Assembly: GCA_039024555.1 (NCBI GenBank)
Contig: JBCCQQ010000062.1
Coordinates: forward strand, 1 to 35,931
Direction of reading: 5' to 3'
Length of the DNA stretch: 35,931 bases
DNA from: Cyanobacteria bacterium P01_D01_bin.156
GTDB lineage: Bacteria; Cyanobacteriota; Cyanobacteriia; Phormidesmidales; Phormidesmidaceae
Shown here: piece by piece, positions 19,097 to 28,400 of the stretch
Numbering within the stretch: the stretch's first letter is position 1
Layout: each line of letters begins with the position of its first letter
Translations under genes and position numbers: made by a program
The notes under the pieces: model-generated
The model's database searches: none
What the model was told of the DNA's origin: nothing
Seen by the model: only the letters and a program-made list of their open reading frames with translations

Positions 19097-20006
19097 GGCG
19101 TAAGTGACGATAGAGCTGGTGTCCTAGGGGTAATAGCAACAGCCAGGTTAATGGAGATGGAGCTGTTTCAGGCACAGAGCGAGGTTGAGTCGCTGCAACC
19201 GATAGCGGTATGGCATCCGCTTCAGTCATTGCCACCATCGGCACTAACTCATCCGCTGATGACGGGCTAACAAAGTTGCTACTTCTAGCCCGTTCAATTT
19301 GTGCAGTGGTTAGCTGAGACAACCTCTCCCCATCTGGAAAAATATCGTCGATAGAGTCAGGAATGGTGCGGATACCCCCAGCGGTCATCACGTTTTCGGG
19401 ATCTCCAGCTCCCAGTGTGGAGTGGCGCAGCCCTAGGTTGTGGCCCAGTTCGTGGGCAATCACATCCAAACGACCAATACCGTTGTTGAAATCGAAAATA
19501 TCATCACTGACTACTGCCCCATTTAAGCCTACCCAGGCATTGCCAAATTGCACCAAACCACTAGTTGTTTCAATCACATCCACAAACCAGAGATTAATGG
19601 GGCCATCGGTACGGGTGGAGTCGGGATGGCGACCAAAGGAACCAGCAGCCCCTGAGAAAGACAGATCTGAAAATTCATCCTCATCAAGGGTGAGGAAGGT
19701 GCTGTCATTAAGATGATTGAGGGGCAAAAAGGCAATGTCAATATTGGCCTGAGCCCAAATTTTATCGGCAATGGTTTCAAAGAATTCCACCTGGGCACAG
19801 ATAATGCCGCCATCATCACACACTTGAATCGGTTGAACCTGTAAAACCAGCTGATCTGACTGACTGAACGTTGATACCGTGGTGGCAGTGCTATCGCTGC
19901 TGCTACCGCCACCACTGCCGCTGCCGCAGGCCGATAGGACCAGTGCCATACCCAGCAGTAGCGAAGATTGACCCATCCAGGTCCTAGGTTTGCAAGATAT
20001 ATTCAC
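19089..20006 (-). CDS. Metzincin zinc metalloprotease with lipobox and PEP-CTERM-like tail
   Basis: Lipobox LSAC followed by a Gly/Ser linker; HELGHNLGLRH and Met-turn NVM; C-terminus VPETAPSPLTWLLLLPLGHQLYRHLRHG. Confidence 0.8.
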   Translation of the reverse strand: MNISCKPRTWMGQSSLLLGMALVLSACGSGSGGGSSSDSTATTVSTFSQSDQLVLQVQPIQVCDDGGIICAQVEFFETIADKIWAQANIDIAFLPLNHLNDSTFLTLDEDEFSDLSFSGAAGSFGRHPDSTRTDGPINLWFVDVIETTSGLVQFGNAWVGLNGAVVSDDIFDFNNGIGRLDVIAHELGHNLGLRHSTLGAGDPENVMTAGGIRTIPDSIDDIFPDGERLSQLTTAQIERARSSNFVSPSSADELVPMVAMTEADAIPLSVAATQPRSVPETAPSPLTWLLLLPLGHQLYRHLRHG

Positions 20007-20157
20007 CAGCCCAATACAACTTGTTGAATAGGTTCAGTGTAAACAAGTTCAAGATGTATTCTTGCTGGGGAATAAAAAGAATCCTTTAACTCTGGAACAA
20101 AATCAAAGCTAAAAAAATATTGGTTAGATCAGGGATTAGCAAATGTTAAGTGATGCT

Positions 20158-21324
20158 TTAACCGGCGACCAACTCTTGATAAAACGCCAGTAGTTCCGTT
20201 GCTAGGGCGTTATTGGTGTAATGCTGCATGGCTCGCTCATAGCCTTTTTGGGCCAATGCCTGTTGCTGTTCTGGCTGTGTGATCAGTTGGGTCAGCCGCT
20301 CAGCCAGTGCTTCGTGGTTGCCCTCTGGAAAGACTAGACCACTGTCACCAATCACATTCGGAATCTCGCCGGAATCGGAACCAATGACCGGTACGCGGCA
20401 TGCCATGGCTTCAATCAATACGTGGCCAAACTGTTCCTTCCAGCCAACAGATGTGAGGGTCTTAAATTCGTAGGTGGTTTCGGAGGGTAGCACCAGGGTA
20501 TCCATCAGGTTGATGTAGTCGGGCACGGCATCGTGGGGAACGCTTTCAATCCACCGAATACGATCAGCAATACCCAGGGTATTTGCCTGGGCTTGCAGTT
20601 CATCTTTTAGGGGACCACGTCCCAATAAAACCAGGGTCCAGGGTAAGTGCACCAGGGTGGTTAGGGCCTTAAATAGGGTGACTAGTCCTTTTTCTGGTAC
20701 AAAACGACCGACAAAACCCACGACAAAGTTATCGTCAGGTATGGTCAGCTGTTGTCGTAGCTGGGGTTGAGGCTGGGGAGAAAACAACACTTCGTCCACG
20801 CCCAGCTGGGGCATCACCCGTACGGGGCCATGGTATCCCCGCTGCTGAAGGATATCGGCTCCGTCCTGGTTGCCTACTATCAAACCATGGGTATGGCGCA
20901 GATTATAGGCCTCCAGTGTAGAAAGCGGAAACTTAAGGTCGTAGGGTAAATTCCACCAGGTAAAAAAGAGATTTTTGGCTTTGCCCCCCAGTAATCGATT
21001 TAAGGTAATTAATTCTGCATAGCCTACGGATTTAGAGCCTTGTTCCACCTGAATAATGTCGGGTTGAAATGTTTTTAACAACTCTACAATCCCCCAGCCA
21101 AAGCTGAGTAGGCCCTGATTGTTTTGGCTCAGGTTGGCAATGGGAACAACTCGAAATGATCCATCCTGACGAGGTTTGGGTTCTACAATTTTGTTTTGTA
21201 CACCACCCGGATTCCAGCGTTTGGGCACCACTACGGTGACTTCATGGCCCATGTGGGCTAGGGTGCGCAGTTTTTCGCAATTCAGCTCCACGATGTAGCT
21301 GTGACTAGCCACTAAAACTTTCAT
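20158..21324 (-). CDS. hpsO: GT4 glycosyltransferase, HpsO-like
   Basis: MKVLVASHSYIVELNCEKL, FFTWWNLPY, WKEQFGHVLIEAMAC, GSDSGEIP; cluster context. Confidence 0.8.
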   Translation of the reverse strand: MKVLVASHSYIVELNCEKLRTLAHMGHEVTVVVPKRWNPGGVQNKIVEPKPRQDGSFRVVPIANLSQNNQGLLSFGWGIVELLKTFQPDIIQVEQGSKSVGYAELITLNRLLGGKAKNLFFTWWNLPYDLKFPLSTLEAYNLRHTHGLIVGNQDGADILQQRGYHGPVRVMPQLGVDEVLFSPQPQPQLRQQLTIPDDNFVVGFVGRFVPEKGLVTLFKALTTLVHLPWTLVLLGRGPLKDELQAQANTLGIADRIRWIESVPHDAVPDYINLMDTLVLPSETTYEFKTLTSVGWKEQFGHVLIEAMACRVPVIGSDSGEIPNVIGDSGLVFPEGNHEALAERLTQLITQPEQQQALAQKGYERAMQHYTNNALATELLAFYQELVAG

Positions 21325-21382
21325 GGGTAGATTGTGTCAGAAAGGTTGAAGGGTTGAATTGTAGCCAGAGAGTGGACGTTGC

Positions 21383-22405
21383 CTACGACGGGGTGAGGGC
21401 TTCTGGGGCGGGGGGCACGGATACTTGGGACATGGTCTGGGCAGGCAGGCTAAACAGCCGGCCTTGGCTAGATGCGGTACTCACCAGGGTCCAACAGGCT
21501 TTGAGAAAGCCTAGGGTATAAAACCCAAACCGACTGATGATTTTGATGGGGGAACCGCTCTTGTTGCAGGGGGGGTTGCCTAAAACATGGCAGTCAAACA
21601 AACGACCCGATAGTCTCAGCAGCTGCCACGGCGTTAGGTTTTTAAGCGCCATCAAAAAGTGATTATGATAAAAGGTCAGCTGATACTTTAGGGAGCGGGT
21701 GTTGATGTCGTGGCAGCCACCGGTTTCTTCTCCCAGGTGGACCAGATTAGCGGCTGGGTCGTACCAAATCTTGAGGCCCGTGCGGCGAAAGCGTAGACAA
21801 AAGTCGGACTCTTCACGGACGGCACTTCCTTGAAACCGTTCGTCAAACCGCAGGCCATGGGTGGCAAATACATCGCGGCGAAAAGACATGTTACAGCCGC
21901 GGGCCGTCAGCACCTGCTGAGGTTTAACGGTATGGACCAAATCGATGTGGTACCAGGCAATACCGGGGTCCATGGCCTCCGGTGGCAGGGTTTCAATGCG
22001 TTTGGCCGACTTCGATTCGGCCAGCTTCATGCGGTCAAATACACGTCCGGCAACCGCACCGATATCGTCGCGCTGATAGTTTTGGGCATGGGCCGCCAAA
22101 AAGCCAGGGGGCAGCTCCACATCGTCATCTAAAAATAAAATGATGTCACCGTGACACCGTTCAACGGCGTAGTTACGGGCGGCAGGCAGACTAGCCCAGT
22201 CAACGGTGTATAGCGTTACCCTAGGACTTGTTTGAAGGCTGTTTAGAAACGCCGTTGTAGCTGGCTCATGGTCCCGAGTTTGGTCCACCACAATGACTTC
22301 AAACGCAGGATAGGTCTGGGCTAGAACATTTTTGAGCGTGCTGCACAAAACAGCTTCTCGACCATAGGTGGGAATAACGACGGAAATAAGTAATTCTGAA
22401 GCCAT
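21383..22405 (-). CDS. hpsN: GT2 glycosyltransferase, HpsN-like
   Basis: ISVVIPTYGRE, FLDDD, ARGCNMSFRR, AVREESDFC. Start taken at ATG 22405, which avoids overlap with the upstream gene. Confidence 0.8.
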   Translation of the reverse strand: MASELLISVVIPTYGREAVLCSTLKNVLAQTYPAFEVIVVDQTRDHEPATTAFLNSLQTSPRVTLYTVDWASLPAARNYAVERCHGDIILFLDDDVELPPGFLAAHAQNYQRDDIGAVAGRVFDRMKLAESKSAKRIETLPPEAMDPGIAWYHIDLVHTVKPQQVLTARGCNMSFRRDVFATHGLRFDERFQGSAVREESDFCLRFRRTGLKIWYDPAANLVHLGEETGGCHDINTRSLKYQLTFYHNHFLMALKNLTPWQLLRLSGRLFDCHVLGNPPCNKSGSPIKIISRFGFYTLGFLKACWTLVSTASSQGRLFSLPAQTMSQVSVPPAPEALTPS

Positions 22406-22421
22406 GGAAGGTAGGACTCGC

Positions 22422-24083
22422 TTACGCTGTCTGTGGTTGTTCTGCAGTGGCGGCTGGTCGCGATCGCACCCGCCGCTTCTTGGTCTTAGGATTGGCCAAT
22501 TCACGCTCCTGTTTATCCAGGGTAGGGATTTTCAAGGTGATACCCGCTGCTAACCAGTAGTAAACCGAGACGGGATCCACATCCAGAGGATAGTAATAGG
22601 GGAAAAAACTAATGAACAGCACAAACACCCACATGGAGGCCGCATAGCCCCGCAGGTGCTTATCTTTGGTTTTTCGATAGGCCTTAAATGTGGCCACCGA
22701 GAGGGAGGCATATAAAATCAGCATAGAGATTAAACCAAGGGGGCCAAGCTCGTACAGCAGCTTAGGATGGTATGTCTCAATCAACCGCACATCCCCAAAT
22801 ATACGAGCCGCATTCGTGGCTCGAGCCACCCCATTACCTAAAATTCCCTCTTGGGATTTAGAGACCTCTTCAAACTGCTGCACCACAAATTCATGGGGTG
22901 GTGATGCCTCCCAGCGCGATCGAAAGCTATCGATGCGCTCCTGCATAATTTCTGGGTTACGAATAGTCAGAAACATTAAAATCAGTCCCAGAACCACCCC
23001 CACCGGGACAAACCGTTTTAGGTTAGTTATTTGCCCCGTCATCACAGACAGCCCCACCACCACCACTGGCACCAGGAATAGGGCAATCCGCTGACCGGAG
23101 AGCACCGACAGCACAAATACCGACACTAGGGAAACAATACCCACCAATCGCCAAAGCGGTGAGCGATCGTTAAAGGCGGTGCCAAAGCTAAAGAAGGCAC
23201 TGGAAATTAAAAACCACCCCCACTGCCACGGAGCAACAAAGGTGCCCGGCAGTCGAATCTGTCCCTGGGAAGGGCTGTAAAGCAGTGCCCCACCCACAAA
23301 ACATCGTGACTGTAAGGATGCTTTAAATAGGTCCACCCCTTCAGCCCCGATGCCTTCGGTGCCTACACAGATACCGGTTCTCAGCATTAGGTACTGCACC
23401 AGTCCTAGAACACAGGATATGACGACCAAAACTGCTTGAATACGCAACAAAAAGTACAGATCTTTGGAGGTGCGTATTGAGTAATAAATACAGGTAATGA
23501 TGGGCAGATAACCCAACAAAATTTTGATACCCAGTACCCCCATTAAAACCGGGTTTTCACCCTCTGACTCAAACTGCTGAGGCAAATTTACCAGCATCAG
23601 GTTGAGCAAAATCATCATCCCCGCCAGTACCAGGGGGACCCTAATTTCTTCTGGCAATAGGACGGGCAATCGTTTTTTTTGGCACAGTTGCACAACGCCA
23701 ATCAGGGCCGGAACATAAATCCCATCTTTGGCTAGCTGGAGCAGGGAATTGCCCCCCAGCATATAGGTGACGGTACCGGAAAACGGGAGATAGATGATAA
23801 ATGCATAGAGGGCGTAACGCTGGTACTTAAAAGCCAGTGCCAAACACATCAAGCCCCCCATGGCCCCCACACCCAGGGTGGGCTCTACCAATAAGCCAAG
23901 AATCAGCCCCACTATTGCCGACAGGGCAAACGCCGAAACTGTAAATTGAATTAGCTGTGCCCGAACTTTGGCGGCTTGCCGTTCCTGGGCTCGTTGTTGC
24001 TTACGGCTAAGGCCCGTCGTCTCTTCAGATTCCTGCTTTTTAGACCGTTTTTTACGCTTTTTTGAGGACTTCTTGGGGGCCAT
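22422..24083 (-). CDS. hpsL: HpsL-like polytopic membrane protein (O-antigen ligase/polymerase-like)
   Basis: Basic N-terminus, many TMs, IRLPGTFVAPWQWGWFL, LSGQRIAL, IETYHPKLLYELG, YYPLDVDPV; upstream of three glycosyltransferases. Confidence 0.8.
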   Translation of the reverse strand: MAPKKSSKKRKKRSKKQESEETTGLSRKQQRAQERQAAKVRAQLIQFTVSAFALSAIVGLILGLLVEPTLGVGAMGGLMCLALAFKYQRYALYAFIIYLPFSGTVTYMLGGNSLLQLAKDGIYVPALIGVVQLCQKKRLPVLLPEEIRVPLVLAGMMILLNLMLVNLPQQFESEGENPVLMGVLGIKILLGYLPIITCIYYSIRTSKDLYFLLRIQAVLVVISCVLGLVQYLMLRTGICVGTEGIGAEGVDLFKASLQSRCFVGGALLYSPSQGQIRLPGTFVAPWQWGWFLISSAFFSFGTAFNDRSPLWRLVGIVSLVSVFVLSVLSGQRIALFLVPVVVVGLSVMTGQITNLKRFVPVGVVLGLILMFLTIRNPEIMQERIDSFRSRWEASPPHEFVVQQFEEVSKSQEGILGNGVARATNAARIFGDVRLIETYHPKLLYELGPLGLISMLILYASLSVATFKAYRKTKDKHLRGYAASMWVFVLFISFFPYYYPLDVDPVSVYYWLAAGITLKIPTLDKQERELANPKTKKRRVRSRPAATAEQPQTA

Positions 24084-24327
24084 GGGCGAATGCAGAAGGA
24101 GCAATGATACGGTAAGGCTAGCTCCTGATAAGTCGGAGTCAGATCTAATTTACCCAAACCTGGTTTGATTGATAGGTGAGCTCCACCAGAATTACGCTAG
24201 CCTCACAAAAAATCAGCCAATTATTATCCAGGAATTCGGAGTTAGGCATTTGGAATGCCCACCCTTTCAGAATTCTGACTTCCGCATTCAGTCCTAACCA
24301 AGGTTTCCGACTTAAATTGATATCCAT

Positions 24328-25614
24328 CTATCGCCCCAAACGGTTAGGAATATCTCGACAGCCTCCAGGAACTGTGGCACGGGTCTTACTGCCGCCCCAC
24401 TGACATAGATAGCAACGTTGACTTTCAGATAGACGCTGCACATTGGACACATCCATCCCCTCGATCACAGCCCCAGTAAATTCTCCCGTTTCGTAATTGG
24501 GTTTATCTGTGCGGGTGCGGGGTGTGGCAGCCTCCGGTGTCCCATAAAAGAAACGAGTACCCATGAGGTCAGCCCCAGACAGGTTGGCATCACACAGCAC
24601 TGTCCGAGCCAGATCTGCGCGAACCATATCGCATTGGGATAAGTCTGAACGAATTAGATTAATGTCGCTCAGGTCTGCCCAGCGCAGATCGTTGCCAGAG
24701 AGATCGCCTGCAGCTAGCATCACCCCCAGATCAATAACTCGGGTACCGTTGAGCCGATCCTCCGCGTAGCCTCCGGAACCATCCAGGATAGGACGACCCA
24801 ACCGCTGGTCTCGGGCCAGGGGCGTCAAGAGTTTAGAACGAGACAGAAAGCGTAGCACCTTAGCTTTGCCTTCCCCGTCGATGCTGCCTAAAATAGCGGC
24901 GGTACGTGCTTCGGCAATGATACGTTCCTGGGGCCAGTCCTCCAGCAGCCCTTCATCGTCTAACACCAGCTCTGAAATGCCCTGGAAGTAGGCATCGATG
25001 GTTTGCTGTTGGGTAATCAGGTTTTGCTGGGTCGTGAGATCGCGGGAAATAATAAACTGCCGCCAGGCTACGTACAGGGCCAAAATGGCAATAAAGATCT
25101 GACCGATAGCGCCGAGAAAATCTCCCAGGGCACCAATGGCATCCCACCGTAGGGTAGCCCCCCATCGCAATAGTCCTGCATTGACGCCGCTCACATGCAT
25201 CAGACCGTAGATGCCCAACATCAGTCCGGGAATAGCAATAATCAACGACCGCTGTTCTGAGGAGAGATCATTGACCACCGCCCGCAGCGTAGGCATGGCC
25301 AACCGTAGGGAAATGATCAGGGTGATGAGGGAGCCAAAGGAAATCAGCCAAAAACTGTCTAGACCCAAACCAATTAGGGTGATGACAGTGGCTGCGATCG
25401 CAATTAATGACGACACCGGCAGCTTAATGGAACCATGGGGGGGAGTCACGGCCATTTCCTCGCTAGGGGGCTCGGCCAGGGCGGCAAAGTCAGGATCTGG
25501 ATTGTAATCGACGGTAAATCGTTCCGATGCCTGGGGCGATGTGGTGAGGGAAGGCACCGCACCAGCAGGGTTTTCAGCGGAGGACTCTTGGGTAAACGGC
25601 TCTTGGGCGCTCAT
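24328..25614 (-). CDS. Membrane protein with C-terminal pentapeptide repeats
   Basis: About four TMs followed by A(D/N)Lxx repeats (GDLSG NDLRW ADLSD INLIR SDLSQ ... ANLSG ADLMG). Confidence 0.88.
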   Translation of the reverse strand: MSAQEPFTQESSAENPAGAVPSLTTSPQASERFTVDYNPDPDFAALAEPPSEEMAVTPPHGSIKLPVSSLIAIAATVITLIGLGLDSFWLISFGSLITLIISLRLAMPTLRAVVNDLSSEQRSLIIAIPGLMLGIYGLMHVSGVNAGLLRWGATLRWDAIGALGDFLGAIGQIFIAILALYVAWRQFIISRDLTTQQNLITQQQTIDAYFQGISELVLDDEGLLEDWPQERIIAEARTAAILGSIDGEGKAKVLRFLSRSKLLTPLARDQRLGRPILDGSGGYAEDRLNGTRVIDLGVMLAAGDLSGNDLRWADLSDINLIRSDLSQCDMVRADLARTVLCDANLSGADLMGTRFFYGTPEAATPRTRTDKPNYETGEFTGAVIEGMDVSNVQRLSESQRCYLCQWGGSKTRATVPGGCRDIPNRLGR

Positions 25615-25741
25615 ACGGAAATGCGTCTGATGCGTCTTTACGCAGTTGAGTTTAGCCCGAAAGGGACGTCTGCCATTAAACTATCATCAGAGTTTTAAGA
25701 TATTGCAAACGGCCCAAAGGCCAAGAGGTTTTAGTCTCACC

Positions 25742-27250
25742 ATGGTGACGGTCCTGATTTTACTTGCTGCAGTTGGCATTCTTGTTTGGGGATTTATTCG
25801 TGCCCGCCCCGATGGCAAGCTAGGCATCTACGCCTGGCTGCAGTCCGTGGTGTTGATGGTGCCCTGGCTGGCCTTTTTTGGGTTATTTACCTTTGGTATT
25901 TATATCAACATTGCCTGGGTGCTCAGCCTGGTGGTGCTGTCCACTGGTATTTACATCTATCTCGGTCGACAGCTTAGGACCTTAGCAGAAGCCGCCCCAT
26001 CCTCACAAACATCGGTACCTGCAGGCCAAACCGTTTTGGACACCTCCACAGGTGCCGAAACTGCTGAAACATCTGAAGTTGCTGAAATTCAGGAGACTAC
26101 TCCCGCCAATGCAACTGATAACAAACCGGCCATTCCTCCGGCTGTGCCGACGGACGATCTAGTTGAAATTGAATCTATCTTTGGGGTGGATACCTTCTTT
26201 CGCACCGAAACTGTGCCCTATCGAGCCGGTGTGTTCTTTAAGGGCAATCTGCGGGGAGAACCGGATACCACGGTAAAAGCCCTAACTGCTCAGCTGGAAA
26301 ATCGGTTTGACGATCGCTATCGTCTGTTTTTGATTACCGGCCCCGATGACCGGCCAGGCGTTATCGTCTTGCCCAGCGATGCGGACCCGAAACCTGCTAA
26401 CGTACCCCAGAAAGTTTTGGTGGTGGCCCTTGCGATCGCAACATTTATCACCAGTTTAGAAACCGGTGCCCTGCTCAAGGACTTTAGCCTATTCGACAAC
26501 TTAGAACGCTGGCCTGAGGTACTGCCTACCGCCCTATCGGTGTTGGCCATCCTGGGTGTTCACGAATTGGGCCATCGCTGGCAGGCAAACCGCCACAGCA
26601 TCCAACTCAGCCCTCCCTATGTTCTACCCACCTGGCAGATTGGCTCCTTTGGTGCCCTGACCAAATTTGAATCTCTGCTGCCCAATCGATCTGTTCTATT
26701 TGACATTGCCTTTGCCGGTCCGGCTGCTGGGGGGCTGTTATCTTTGGCTATGTTGCTGGTAGGGCTGGTGCTGTCCCACCCCGGTAGCCTTTATCAGCTA
26801 CCCGTCGAGTTTTTCCAAGAGTCTGTGCTTGTGGGTACCCTGGCCCGAGCGGTTTTGGGAGATACGCTACAAACCGTCGATTTTGTCGATGTGGACCCGC
26901 TAGTACTCATGGGCTGGCTGGGGTTAGTTATTACCGCCCTCAATGTTATGCCTGCAGGGCGGCTTGACGGTGGTCGCATTGTTCAAGCAATCTATGGTCG
27001 CAAGATCCAGGGTCGTACCACCGCCATTACCCTGGTGGTGCTAACCCTGATTGCCCTGGCCAATCCCCTCGCCCTCTACTGGGCAGCCCTAATCCTGTTC
27101 CTGCAGCGGGGCGACGAACGTCCCTGCAGAGATGACCTTAGCGAACCGGATGATGCCCGTGCTGCTTTAGCATTGTTAATTCTGTTCCTCATGCTGGCTA
27201 CTCTGTTACCCCTCACACCCAGCCTTGCCGGACGTTTAGGAATTGGTTAA
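25742..27250 (+). CDS. Site-2 protease family (M50) membrane metalloprotease
   Basis: HELGH, AFAGP and NVMPAGRLDGG motifs. Start taken at ATG 25742. Confidence 0.92.
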   Translation: MVTVLILLAAVGILVWGFIRARPDGKLGIYAWLQSVVLMVPWLAFFGLFTFGIYINIAWVLSLVVLSTGIYIYLGRQLRTLAEAAPSSQTSVPAGQTVLDTSTGAETAETSEVAEIQETTPANATDNKPAIPPAVPTDDLVEIESIFGVDTFFRTETVPYRAGVFFKGNLRGEPDTTVKALTAQLENRFDDRYRLFLITGPDDRPGVIVLPSDADPKPANVPQKVLVVALAIATFITSLETGALLKDFSLFDNLERWPEVLPTALSVLAILGVHELGHRWQANRHSIQLSPPYVLPTWQIGSFGALTKFESLLPNRSVLFDIAFAGPAAGGLLSLAMLLVGLVLSHPGSLYQLPVEFFQESVLVGTLARAVLGDTLQTVDFVDVDPLVLMGWLGLVITALNVMPAGRLDGGRIVQAIYGRKIQGRTTAITLVVLTLIALANPLALYWAALILFLQRGDERPCRDDLSEPDDARAALALLILFLMLATLLPLTPSLAGRLGIG

Positions 27251-28077
27251 CAGCCGGAGTCATCATAATCAACCGGAATATTAAACCAATATCCAGGAGC
27301 CGGTTCATCAGGATTAAAGTAAGCCTGATAGTCAATTGACTTGGCAATTTCTAGGGCTTGTTTATCCAGAACGTGGTGCCCAGTGCTATTCAACGCATAG
27401 GGACTCTCAGCATCCTCTACTAAACGGCCATCTGCCTCAGACACCTCGACAATCACACTGACAAATTTACTGGGAGGCTGATCTAAACATTTGAGGGATG
27501 GAATGGGGGGCACGTCAGATTCAATGGCGGCTGAATGATCGGTTTTGACAATATTTTGGTTAGACGTAAATCGCTTTCCCATCCACTCTGACAATTCACC
27601 GTTAAACTGGCTTCCTCCTTGACGGTAATCATCACCCGTTTTCTCAGGATTAAAATCAATATAGTTTTCGGCCTTTTGCCATTCTTGTTCCGGTTCAGGC
27701 TCTTCACCCTCATCCGGATGCTCAGGATTTTTAGGCTCTTCTATGTCCTTCAACGATTCTGATTCCGGCGGCTCCACATTGTCCAAAATATGGGGGTCTG
27801 TAACAACCGGTTCCTCTAACAGCGCTTCTGGCTCTTCCAGCTGTTCTTCCTCAGGCGGATCTGGCAGCGACGGCTCCTCAGATTCTGCAGGCCCGGTTGC
27901 CAATTTAGGCAACGTTACCACTTGAATCACGTCCGGTTCTAAATGTTCTGTCTTCTCAGGTTCAGATTCTTCCGAACTCGGCATGGGTAGCGCCAGGACT
28001 AAACCATGCAACCCAATGGATACCAGCACCAAGCTCACCAGCCAGCTATTAAGTTTTGGCAGGTGAACCTTAGCCAT
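27247..28077 (-). CDS. TonB-like protein (TM anchor, Pro/Glu-rich linker, TonB_C-like domain)
   Basis: SIGLH (SxxxH) in the N-terminal TM, EPEPE-rich linker, C-terminal STGHHVLDKQAL resembling the SSG..LD.AA motif. Confidence 0.6.
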   Translation of the reverse strand: MAKVHLPKLNSWLVSLVLVSIGLHGLVLALPMPSSEESEPEKTEHLEPDVIQVVTLPKLATGPAESEEPSLPDPPEEEQLEEPEALLEEPVVTDPHILDNVEPPESESLKDIEEPKNPEHPDEGEEPEPEQEWQKAENYIDFNPEKTGDDYRQGGSQFNGELSEWMGKRFTSNQNIVKTDHSAAIESDVPPIPSLKCLDQPPSKFVSVIVEVSEADGRLVEDAESPYALNSTGHHVLDKQALEIAKSIDYQAYFNPDEPAPGYWFNIPVDYDDSGC

Positions 28078-28400
28078 AGAATCAAATTAATCAGTCGCGT
28101 TCAATTTTTACTAGTGGACCAGCGTTTGAATAAACGTTTGGACCCTAATTATGATTCCTCGCAAATGAACAGAGTAGAGTTTGCTTTAGACAATTTTTCA
28201 ATTGGGTTGCAATGACACATCGCTCAAATACCATTCAGCTTTTGATACTTAACTATCTAGACTGGGGCGCTGCTCCTCGTCAGGATGGTCTTAACTTTCA
28301 AAGTCTGTACCCTAAAAAGCCCGACGAATCCTTTCATTCCTTAAATCAGCAACGGCTAGACTGAAATCAGTCAATCGTCAGCAATTTACAGGAATCTACC

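Noticed and set aside
28140..28350. Possible Fur box for the TonB-like gene and Pho half-sites (CTTAACTA, CTTAACTT) for the phosphoesterase
   Set aside because: The Fur-like match is poor, and the half-sites are isolated rather than in 11-bp tandem.
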